A DNA stretch of 60,801 nucleotides, filler included, from Dugesia japonica (taxonomy: Eukaryota), in NCBI GenBank assembly GCA_001938525.1. It is 6 parts of 6 records of this genome, joined end to end, with 100 filler letters (N's around TTAATTAATTAA, not from the genome) between each part and the next. Parts side by side here need not be neighbours in the genome. Positions count along the whole stretch, not along the records: positions 33,821 to 42,013 come from MQRL01485265.1; positions 42,114 to 52,368 come from MQRL01579562.1; positions 52,469 to 60,801 come from MQRL01623017.1; 3 more parts are not named here. One strand, given 5' to 3'. The notes under the pieces are model-generated. The model did no database searches, was not told where the DNA came from, and saw only the letters and a program-made list of their open reading frames with translations. Shown piece by piece: positions 41,515 to 53,151 of the stretch. How positions within the stretch are numbered: position 1 is the first letter of the stretch; every line of letters starts with the position of its first letter. Both the position numbers and the translations under genes were made by a program.

Positions 41515-42295
41515 TGTAGCTATCTTCTTACTTTTATAAAGTCACAGAAGCAAATTACCGTAATTAAACAATTTATAGATTTCTAAATATTTAATAATAC
41601 TTACATTTCATTTTATAACAATAAGTTGGTGATTTGTAAGCAATTAGTTTACAATAACCACAAATTGTCTTATTGGATTTGTTATGTTTACCACCAACTA
41701 TTGAAAGATATTTGAATTTTACTAACTGCTCAGTAGTATTAAGAGTTAATTCTGATGAATCTGGTGTACAATAAATTTGACTTTCATAAGTAAAATAATA
41801 AACGGTGGGATCTTTTGGAAAGATATCTGCATCTGAAAATTCTTTGATNNNNNNNNNNNNNNNNNNNNNNNNNNNNNNNNNNNNNNNNNNNNAAACATTT
41901 ATCGCATAGAATTTCAAATAAATTTCCATTTGCTTTGCATTTGCATCGACATTTATTAGTAATCCATGAAGTATTTACTGGTCGTTTAATAGAATCTTTA
42001 TCAATACAGAAATNNNNNNNNNNNNNNNNNNNNNNNNNNNNNNNNNNNNNNNNNNNNTTAATTAATTAANNNNNNNNNNNNNNNNNNNNNNNNNNNNNNN
42101 NNNNNNNNNNNNNGTAAAATCGTAATAATGGGAATTTGTTATATCCATAATGGATGTTGGTGATTAACAATCAAAAATTTATTAATAGTAACAACGCCAA
42201 ACAAACATATTAGCAATAGTGCAGCTATAATAAGAAGGGGAAAATTAATCCTGCTCAATAATGTGGTAATAATCTATAATAGTNNNNNNNNNNNN

Positions 42296-42790
42296 NCTAC
42301 TAGTAATACAGAAGATAATAACCAAATGATACGAATAATAATCCTAATAGAGATAATAATAAGAATGATAATAGCAGTATTACTAGCGGTAAGAATTATA
42401 ACCATAGTCAGGATATCAATATTAATAAGGATTATAATAATAAATATAACAATGGAAAATTTATTAATAACAGTAATAATAATAATAATAATACTAATGG
42501 TAGTAATAAGTAATAATACTAATGATAGTAATAATAATAATAATGATAATTAGTAATAGCACTCATGATGTTAATAATAATGATAATATTAAAAATGATA
42601 ATAATAATAGTGATAATGATAATAATAGTAATAATAATAATAAGAACAATAATGATAGTTAATGCTAGCAATCATACGATTAATAATAATAATAGTAATA
42701 ATAATGATAATAATAAAACTGTAATAATAACAAGGATGATATTAATGATAAGAATACTGCGACTTATAATGATTATTAATTTGCACTTAT
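42296..42790. repeat. Degenerate AAT-type low-complexity tract
   Basis: Imperfect (AAT)n; its ORFs are poly-Ile/Asn artefacts. Confidence 0.9.
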
Positions 42791-44771
42791 TCAAGTATTT
42801 ATAATTTTAAGTATTAATTTGCACTTATTCAAGTATTTATAATTTTAAGAATATAATATATTAAAATTTAAAATGGTCGTTTAAATATTTAATACAGAAT
42901 CAAAACACATTACAACATAAGAAAATTGTACATACTCTATANNNNNNNNNNNNNNNNNNNNNNNNNNNNNNNNNNNNNNNNNNNNNNNNNNNNNNNNNNN
43001 NNNNNNNNNNNNNNNNNNNNNNNNNNNNNNNNNNNNNNNNNNNNNNNNNNNNNNNNNNNNNNNNNNNNNNNNNNNNNNNNNNNNNNNNNNNNNNNNNNNN
43101 NNNNNNNNNNNNNNNNNNNNNNNNNNNNNNNNNNNNNNNNNNNNNNNNNNNNNNNNNNNNNNNNNNNNNNNNNNNNNNNNNNNNNNNNNNNNNNNNNNNA
43201 ATTTGATCGGTTTCTTTCGGCTGTCACAGTTTTAATTAAATAAATTTGCGATGAACTGGAGATTGTTGAAATTCGCTTTGATAAATTTGCCGACTGATGT
43301 GCTGATGTACTGAGGATTGAATTAAACTGATCTGATTAAGTGAAATATCGAATTTCACTGTTGATATTTGATAAATAATTTTAATGCGTAATAACCGCTT
43401 TCTAGATTTAAGANNNNNNNNNNNNNNNNNNNNNNNNNNNNNNNNNNNNNNNNNNNNNNNNNNNNNNNNNNNNNNNNNNNNNNNNNNNNNNNNNNNNNNN
43501 NNNNNNNNNNNNNNNNNNNNNNNNNNNNNNNNNNNNNNNNNNNNNNNNNNNNNNNNNNNNNNNNNNNNNNNNNNNNNNNNNNNNNNNNNNNNNNNNNNNN
43601 NNNNNNNNNNNNNNNNNNNNNNNNNNNNNNNNNNNNNNNNNNNNNNNNNNNNNNNNNNNNNNNNNNNNNNNNNNNNNNNNNNNNNNNNNNNNNNNNNNNN
43701 NNATTAGTAGGTAATTATTGGCCATTTTCCTTTTAATGTTTTCATTTTATTGGGAAACAATTTAATTATATTTTCTGGTTTATTCGTTTCTTAATGTGTT
43801 TGGTGAAAACTGAAGATAAATTGAGAATAACTTTGGTTGGGTTCTGTCCCAACATAGGTATTAAGTACAATAATTCATACAAAAAAATCAGTAATACACT
43901 AAACAATATGCAAACTTTATTCAAATATATTTAGATTTCATAAGTATACATAAAGTTTTATATACTAAGTTCTTAATTTACATATGGGTTTTGGCAAGTA
44001 ATTAAAATACATACTAATTTTATGAATAATTATGGAAAATACAGTCTAATTTCATTGAGTAATATACATAATTTCTTAATTATATATAGCAATTTCAATA
44101 AACCATATAGATAAATTAATAAGTAAGCAATAATATTATAAAGAAACCACTAAAGTTTTGATACATTAATATCACCTTTATATAAACTTTATAAATTATA
44201 TACGAAGTTTAATAAGTTTAACAAAACATCAATTTTATTTTTTCGAAAATCTTTGAAAGGGTAATTTAATTTTAATAATTGTAATATATCGTATGTTATA
44301 TGAGTCTGTTACACTTATCGTTAAATTTAAAACAACACTTTTCATTTCCAAAATTTATTTCAAACATAAGACCACAAAAAACACAAATTAAAACTTTTTA
44401 TTTAATTCTGATAGAAGTTAGTTAAAAAAATTATTTAATAACCAAAAACAATAAATTTTAGAAAATTATCATTTTTATAGAACTTTTTAATTTTATAATT
44501 TTTCCAAATTATTCAATTAAATCTTCGAGAAATTCATTCAAAAACTTTTAAATTCACATTAAAAATTATATCAAATTATTTTACTTAAAGGTTTATTTGA
44601 AAGTTATTCCAAAAATTATTTATTTAAAATTATTCCAAATTTTAAAATTAACGCTATTTCATCAAAAAAAATGATTTTTATGGAATGAAGTCATTAATTT
44701 AAAATTAATTATTAATACTCCTAATTCTTTTTATATGGTAGATACGTTCCTAAAAAACCGTATAAAAAATA

Positions 44772-45270
44772 CAGGTTACTCACTAAAATTGAGAGTGTCT
44801 CACAACTTTAAAAAATCGTGTAACTTAAAATACTTTACATATTTTTTCAAAGAACCGGGAAAAAATATAATAATGAATATATTATATGTATAAACCTAAT
44901 GATTTTTATAGCGAAATAAAAATAAGTATTACAGTGTAAATTGAGTCCATAAATACAGAAAAAATTTAATAAGAAATAACAAATTATTTTACAGCTATTT
45001 ATTGCTACTTGATAACAAGATTATTACTCATTATTAACTTCCTCTGACTGCATTTTTTTGTTATAAAGTCTGTTATTAGCTTCTGTTATTTTGGTTACTC
45101 AAATTGAATATATAGTTCTTATTATCCAGCTACACAAAACTGAAGATTACGTTGAAATTTTAATGCTCGTTCCGTGTCAGTATCATGAGTAAGAAAATGT
45201 TGTTGTATATTTGCAGCTAATTTTAAGCCTTCGCTACTAGTCTCTGAAATTAAACTTTAACAAAGGAAAA
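44772..45270 (-). mobile_element. pogo/Tigger-like transposase C-terminal relic with one TIR
   Basis: The minus strand reads EGLKLAANIQQHFLTHDTDTERALKFQRNLQFCVAG**ELY...QKLITDFITKK, resembling Tigger C-termini. A TA-CAGGTT terminus sits at 44770-44777. Confidence 0.45.
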
Positions 45271-45849
45271 ATCCCTATATAAATTAATATAATTTTAAAA
45301 AATAATTTAAATAAAAAATTGGCACAAAATTTAAAATGTGAAAAAATTAAATCAAAAATCTAAAATCAAAAAAATTAATTAAAATCCAAAATAATGCATA
45401 ATTAGCACACAAAACATACGAGCAAAAGTTATGTAATCGCACATAAAATTAATGATGAAATTAAATATATTAATATGTTAAATCTTTTCAATAAAAGTAA
45501 TTATCCATTTAAAACTAATTTCTTTTTATTCACTAAAAATTTCTTAATTCACTAATAATTCCTGAGAAAACGAAACATTAGCAAAATTGATAATTCTGAC
45601 AATATCCCTGCTCAATACAAACCGAGAATTCAATCACTTGGCTTAGCACCCTACTGGTTAGTCATATTGAGCCCTGAACTTCAGTGAAAAGAGCCATAAC
45701 GATGCTCAATTCCATATTTAAGCCTAAAACACTATGCCAAATAAACCAAACTCAAGGAAAGCTGATATAATCCTCACTGCAAATAACGGAGACAAGTTCA
45801 CAAATCGTAAGATTTTAAAAACTTTTTTCCAAATTTTAATTGCTTTTCA

Positions 45850-47560
45850 TTTTCTTTTTATATGTCATACTGTCTTTGGAAAAATTTTCTAAATTGTTCG
45901 ATAAGGACCTTCAAATCTGTCTTGGCTTTTATTTAGTATTTCTACCTTGATGAGGACATAATCTCCTACCTCGAATTCTCTATTAGTAGTCACTTTTGAA
46001 ATGTTTTCTTTAGTTATCTCTAAATCCTCTGACTCGTACCACTTTTTTTTGTTAATTTTCGTTTTAAATTCAATCTCAGCCAAGCTCTTTCCAGTCGTCT
46101 TCTATTATGTTGCGTTCATCGTAAATTCTATTTCCCATAAAGTGTTTGCCCAATCCATTGTCTTTCTAACCTGAAGTCTAGCATTAACTTAATCTCAAAT
46201 TGTCCTGAATTGTCTTTACATTTTTCCATTTACATTGTGATGATAGGGACTCGAAAAGCAAAGTTAAATGCCTAGCTTCCATGCAAACGTTCTTATAACT
46301 CTGGTTTCAAATGCTTTTAAACAATTTAGTTTTATCTTTCTCGGACAACCAAATTTGAAAATCTTCTTTTCAAAAATAGCCTTTCGCATTGTTTCTTCGT
46401 CTTGTCAAGGCAGTGCGAACCAAGGCAATAAGAACAAGATATATACTAAACTGGTCTATTATTACAAGAATGTATTTTTTTTGTCCACTTGTTTCCCGCA
46501 TTGATCCACATAGATCTGTGAATATGACTCCAAACAAATTGGTAGCTTCTAATCTCTTTGTCTTCTCTTTAGTTACTGTCATCATTATTTTGACCTTTTT
46601 TTACAAATTTCACGGCTACGAACCATCTCCTGTATTTGATTCTACAAATTCTTCGTAATACGTTTGTTTCTCATATAATTGTACACCTTTTCATGTATTT
46701 CTTCTATTGCTTCGTATATTTTGTCACACAGAATTTTAATTTTCTCGATAAAACTTTTTTCTTCAGAAATGTTTAATTGATACTCTTTATCTGTTTCAAT
46801 TATGTTCAGTACTTTTGTTTTAATCTTGGCATCTTCATGTAACCTTTGACATTGTACACATACCTCGATTCTTGGTCTAGATAACATATTTGCATTATCA
46901 TGTTGAAATCCTTTTCTATATTCCAAAACTATATCTAGACTACTCAGATAATTATTCCATGTCTAGAATTGTGACGTAATTAGGTTCTTCGTCATCATAG
47001 TGAAAGTTAGAGCTTTATTATCTGCTTTAAGAGTAAATCTACTACCGTGTAAGTAATAAATGCATGGAAAAATTATATACAGTCAATGAATCTTTTTTTG
47101 TAATGCAGTATCTCTTTTCATGACGCGTCACTGAGTGTGATTCATTGGCAACAACTTTTTCTCTTCCTTCTTTATCTCTCTTTGACAATAATACTGGCAT
47201 CTGCATCTAATATAAATTCTTTGTATATGTCTGGAAAACACAATATTCGCATAGTAATTAGGGCTTTTTAAAGACCCTCAAAAGTATCATTATTTCCATT
47301 TATTCATTCTAACAGAGACTTTTCCTGATTAATTCTTAAATCAGCCTTCATTATTACCCCAAAAAAACTCTCTTAATTACTTTATAGTGTTGATTTTTAT
47401 TGTTCGTTAATATCAGAATGTCATCAAAAATATACAATGGTTGCATTAACTTTGCCTACTATCATCTCCTGAAATGTTTCCGGTGTCTCTGCAATCCAAA
47501 ATGGCATTAAATTAAAACATTATTATCCGACACTTTTTCGATTTCAATAGTGGATATGAT
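45850..47560 (-). mobile_element. Decayed Gypsy LTR retrotransposon pol (RT-RNase H-integrase)
   Basis: MPF.GL..PETFQ, YLHGSRFTLKADNKAL, EYRKGFQHDNANMLSR, IFTDLCG...KYILVIIDQFS, FSSPYHHNVNG and FEVGDYVL...RFEGPYR appear in Gypsy order. Confidence 0.85.
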
Positions 47561-48988
47561 GAAACCCAATAGAGAAAATTACCGTCCTACGTCAGATAAG
47601 TGATTTTCTTTTTACGCAAAATGTGAAAGTGATGTATGGTATCCTTGGATTAGACATATTTACAAAAAGATATGAAAATGCCATAATACGGTTTGAAAAT
47701 TGGAATGAGGTTTATCATAACAAAATCGTGAGCAAATTAGAAAAATGGATATATACTAGCATAATACCTGATACTGGTCACCAGAAACGTCGTTAGTATA
47801 TAATAGGACTTGTGAAGTAAAGTAGCTACTTGAGACAGCGCGTCAAATTAAACTCCTGTTGAAGTTCCAAGTAGCCAAATTGACTCATTTTCTGATACAG
47901 TACCAGTGGTATGAGAGCCTGCTATAGGGTGAAATATTAAATTATGCAGGTTTTAATACATATCAAGACACTTAAAATTACTAAGACTATACAGACGATC
48001 TTGTAAATGAGTTATGATGATTAAGTATGATGAGAAGTATACAATAGTTCCAAAAAAGGCAAATTCAAAATATTGAACCATTTATGAATATAGAATAACA
48101 ACCATTTTGATCTTGCTTGTTAAAGATTTTCAATAAAATTTTTTTCATCAAATAAATTTAGATATTTACTGATCAATGGTTAAAAAAAACTTTAGATTAA
48201 TGAATATCCTATGTTGACTATCATCATTAGTTGCTCTGTTTGTGTCGTATAGATAAATGTATACTGATTGCACTGTTACTACAATTACTCTGAAAAAAGA
48301 ATAGAAATGTTTATTACTCATAAGTCAGTCAAAGTTACTCGGTAGAGTTACATCTCTACTGACAAATGAATATAAATTTGTGTAACCGACTGATAAAAGT
48401 ACAGGAGTAATGTATCTAAGCCGAAGAAGCGCGACATAAAGTTGGGGAAATTAAACAGGGTCTTTGGTTGACAAAATTTAAGCTACGATGGGAATAAGCA
48501 AGTAAAAAAGGTGCTTCACACACATAAGTCTAGGCGTAAATTTATTTAATATATAGATGCCGTTTTACTGTATTGTAGTGTCTTCAATCTATTTACTCTC
48601 AAATTAGTAATAAGATGAGTGTCAAAAGAAAAGGTTAATGAAAGAAAATTATTCACCTTTAGTAAAAATTGCGGATCATCAGTTTCTGATCGAAGACTAG
48701 GTCTAGGATATTTAATTGAAATTCTTATGACTTTTAGGAGTACCCTAGCGAGTCATTGAGATTTTAAAATAATGCTGCCCATGACACTCTGACAATCTTC
48801 TTCAATATTTTAAGGTTATCAAACGTTGAAAAAAGAAAAAACAATATTCTAAACGTATTTTATTTTAGATAATTAAGATAAGGTGGTCTTGGACACTTTT
48901 GCCCAATTCCTTCATGTTATTTTGCTAACATTTTATCATAACTTTTTCAGATCATAATTTAGTTTAATACGGAATATTAATTAATTAT

Positions 48989-51900
48989 CTACAATCTTTT
49001 TTCATTTAATTTGTCTTTTGACAAATTTTTCTCATGTTTTGAATTATGAAATTTCTTGTAAATAAAACTGATTAGTGATAGTCTAGGTTGTTTACTCACG
49101 GAAGCTTCACAATCCAATGATTCAATTGGACTCATTATTAAATTTCTTTTTTTAGAAAATTGGTGATCAACAGATGCAAAAACATTTGTTCTATTTCTAA
49201 TGATCGGTGTTGGATAGGATTTTCTTGGATTTTTTATATTTTCTGAAAATTTCGTAATTGGTATTGATGGTGTATAATCAGAAAATGTAGGTCCAGTAAA
49301 TGGAATGAACTCATATAAACTTGGCTTTTGGGTATTGTTTTCATTTAATGTTCTATTGTTTGTTAAGGATTTAGAAATTTGATTTGAAGGTGTTTGAACG
49401 TCTTTATCAGAGTTAATATTTTTAAAATAATCAAAATCAGGTGGTGGAGGTAAAATCATCGAGAATTCTGATAATGCATCATCATCGTCGTCATTTGAAT
49501 TTTCTGTTGGACTAGACATTTCATTAGGTGAAAATGAATATTTTATTTCTGGTTTATCATATGCATTTTGAGTTAAGGAGAATAATGACGAACATTGAAA
49601 GGGATTTAAATATGAATTGACTGGGACACTGTTACCCAGGTAGGAAGAAACAGAAGATGAATAAATTTCATTTTTTTGTGGAATTTTGGGAATTTGAAAT
49701 GGATTGTCTTGGGTGTTTGGAGAAAATTTTATGGGTTTACTTTGATCCCAATTACAAGAACGACTCAGTAAATTACTTTTAATAATAGGAACTTTATAAT
49801 CTAATGAATTCTTTCTAATAAATGGTTCGCAATCCATTTTCGACATTAAATCACAAATTTGAATATTCGATTCATTTATCCCAGTCATAGAATCTGCTGA
49901 TGAATTATTAATAGATTGTGATCCTGTTGTTTTTTTCCACCACTTCCGTTTAAATGATTTCCCCATAATTCTGGGAGTATTAGATATATTATTAAGTCTT
50001 AGATTTTCATTATTTTTATTAAAGTTATAAGTTTGATTAAGTTCTTGGATTTTTGCAATTTTTGATGGTGATTCATTTCTAGTTTCAGTAAACATTCTTC
50101 TTGATCTGATCTTATCTACTGGAATAGGAACGTTTTCATTTTTAGTTTTATATCCATATCTTGTACTATTAAATAAATTAATTGCTGGGTCCATAAAATG
50201 CAAATCAACGTGATTAACAGTTGGTGGACCTTCAATCCAACTGGGTTCTTCTATTTCTAATCCAAAATCGATGTCATTAGAATATTTATAAATATTTTGT
50301 CTTTTAGTATTACTATTATTTATTCTTGATCCAAACGCATTATTGCTCACATTATTTTGTTCGCTCAAAACAGAAGCAACTCTATCACTTCTAATAGATG
50401 ATTCACCAAGATTATTTTTTGATATTGATGAAATATCCGGATTTCTTCCATTCATTTCATTTGATAAACTTTTTTTACTTATAATTCTTCCATCTAATTG
50501 ATTCAAAGCATTTATTGAAGGTTTTGATGTAGTTCTTATATCGACAGAAGAAGTTTTTGATTTAATATTAGTCGATCCTTTATGGGGTATTTTAGAATCA
50601 ATATTCGATTCTCCAATTGTGGTTTTATTTTTTATATTTATAGATTCTTGAGTTCCTGTTTTATCACCGTCATCAGAATCTTTAGCAATTTCTTCATAAT
50701 CTTTCTCAAGTGTCATAATATCATCTCTTGCTTCTAAAAACTCCCCTTCTTCCAAGCCTTCACCAACAAACCAATGAACAAATGCCCGTTTATTAAAAAT
50801 TAAATCGAATTTACTTCTGTCTCTCTTCCAAGCTTCACATATACCAACATTACCCGATACCATACAAAGACAATTAGTTGGAGTAGCTAAGGGCAAATTA
50901 GGTACACCTACTGGAGGGATTGTATTCAAGCCTAATTTAAAACCAGTCGGACACCAATCAACAAATGATATTCTGCGATCACATTTTACTTTTGAAACTG
51001 CATCGTAAACAGCTTTTGGGCTAATATATCCCCGATATAACAAGCAACAAGATGTATATTTATTATTTTCAAATCCACAATCAAGAAAATGTGAATCACT
51101 CTGAAAAACGAATCTAGTTAATTCTGCAACGTCAACTTTTTCATGTTTAATTTGACTCTGACTTACAATTGGAGCATAGCTAAGTACAGGGAAATGAATT
51201 CTCGGATATGGTACTAAATTCGTCAAGAGTTCATCCACATCAATATGGTGTGTACCTTCGTAACGATAGCGATGAGAAAGAAAAACACAGGTTACCATCT
51301 GACTAATCAACCGGTTCATTAAAATATAAGTAGGTTTATCACATTTCAAATTACTCAATGCTTTTCTATATAGAGATTCATTGTCAAATAAAATACCGCA
51401 ATCAATCAGTTCAATGGCACTATGTGTATGAAGAAGAGAATTATATGGATCGACTGTACTTTGTGACATAGTTGACGATGGAAAAATTCCAACAGAAACC
51501 CGAAATTTTTTCCCATATTCTTCAGATAATTTTATCAACAAAAGACTTGTTAGTCCTGATCCGCTTCCACCAGCATAGGAATGCATTATTTGAAAAGCAG
51601 AAACACTTTCACAATTATTTACAACTTTACGAACGGAATCCATCAAAACTTCTAATTTGTCTTTACCAACTGTATAATATCCTCTTGCATAATTGTTAGC
51701 AGCATCTTCAGTACCGCTAATCAAACTGGAGGGACTGAATAAACTTCTATAAACACCACTCCGAATTTCATCTATATAAATTACAGTTGAATTATATTTT
51801 GAATAATTTTTAACAAAACTAACCAACAACTGTGGGTTCTAAATCAACCATAACAGTTCTAGGAATATATTGGTCATTTGATTCACAAAATAATGTCTCT

Positions 51901-52046
51901 ATTCGATCATTCAAATCACTTTCTTTATTTTGAATTAATTTCCCTTCTGCACTAACTCCATGTTCAATACAATAAAGTTCCCACATTGCACTTCCCATTT
52001 GAACACCAGCTTGTCCGATGTGTAGTGTAACAATTTCCTTAGGCAT
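48989..52046 (-). CDS. Divergent alpha-tubulin with ~557-aa C-terminal extension (1001 aa; exon 1 52046-51824, intron 51823-51772, exon 2 51771-48989)
   Basis: Exon 1 reads MPKEIVTLHIGQAGVQMGSAMWELYCIEHG...PRTVMVDLEPTVV. A 52-nt GTTAGT..TATAG phase-1 intron rebuilds the G|AT Asp of DEIR. Exon 2 has EDAANNYARG, HSYAGGSGSG, TNLVPYPRIHFP, FVDWCPTGFK, KRAFVHWFVGEGLEEGEF and LEKDYEE, all alpha-tubulin hallmarks. The frame stays open from about 50662 to the stop at 48989. Confidence 0.93.
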
Positions 52047-52266
52047 TTGACAATGAATAAAATAAAGATAGATGGCAATCAATTTCGTAAATCGATGTCA
52101 AATTATTAAAATTTACTATTTAACCTGTCTAATTTAAATTTCAATTTCACAACGAAATTTAGTATATTTCAATGAGGTTTTAAGAGTTTGAAAATTTAAA
52201 AAAATTTATTTAAATTGCAAAAAAATTAATATTTCATCATCCAACAAAATTATATCATAAAAAACG

Positions 52267-52270
<4 letters not shown>

Positions 52271-52300
<30 letters not shown>
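52271..52300. repeat. (AT)n microsatellite upstream of the tubulin gene
   Basis: Pure AT run. Confidence 0.95.
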
Positions 52301-52303
<3 letters not shown>

Positions 52304-53151
52304 GAAATAATTATTAATTAATAATTTCAGCCAATAAAAATTGAGATAACTAAATATTATTATTTAGTNNNNNNNNNNNNNNNNNNNNNNNNNNNNNNNN
52401 NNNNNNNNNNNNTTAATTAATTAANNNNNNNNNNNNNNNNNNNNNNNNNNNNNNNNNNNNNNNNNNNNTAAATTATAATTTCATAGTTAATAAAGAATAT
52501 GAAAGAAAAGAATAAGAAAAAATATACGTCGAATCATTACAAGGGATGACTATTGGACCTGATAATTATGGGACAATTAAAGATAAACAGACAAAATATT
52601 TGATAGAAAACAAATTTAACAGAAATATGGAGAGAATTTTCAACCTCTACTAATTAATAATAAAAGATTGTTATATTATTTAACGATTGCACATATGTTG
52701 CATTTAATGTAAATTTCTTTTTTGCATATAATATCTTGCATAAAAAAATAAATACTGCCCAATCTCTGGCACAAAACATAATTATTGTCTAATCTCCTAT
52801 ATAAATATCAAGACTGCCCCATCTAATACATAAATATCAATGCTGCTCAAATATACATATATTTTCTATAACATCATTTTTAAAAAAAATCATTATTTTT
52901 TATTAAAAAAACACCATTTTTCAAAAAATCATTACTCTACCCCCACCTTACAGGAAAAATTCATTTAATACTTTTAATGTCTATTAATTAATTTCCTTTT
53001 CAATCATATACTTTTCCTTTGAAAGAAAAATTTTTTAAACCCCATTATATTACTTACAAAAATTAACCAATCAAACTATCGATTAAAAAATCTTTAGTTA
53101 CCCTCTACCTCACAAATATCTTATTCCCCATCACATTACTTCTTCAACAAG

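Noticed and set aside
47580-48800. Possible additional + strand LTR gag/pol debris
   Set aside because: Too decayed to read any diagnostic motif.
51772-51829. Programmed frameshift or split gene between the 87-aa and 946-aa tubulin ORFs
   Set aside because: A canonical 52-nt GT-AG intron at a known alpha-tubulin intron position joins them.
16232-52468. Five perfectly palindromic TTAATTAATTAA sites as a biological repeat
   Set aside because: Each is centred in a 100-nt N block and has stops in all six frames, so it is a scaffolding linker.
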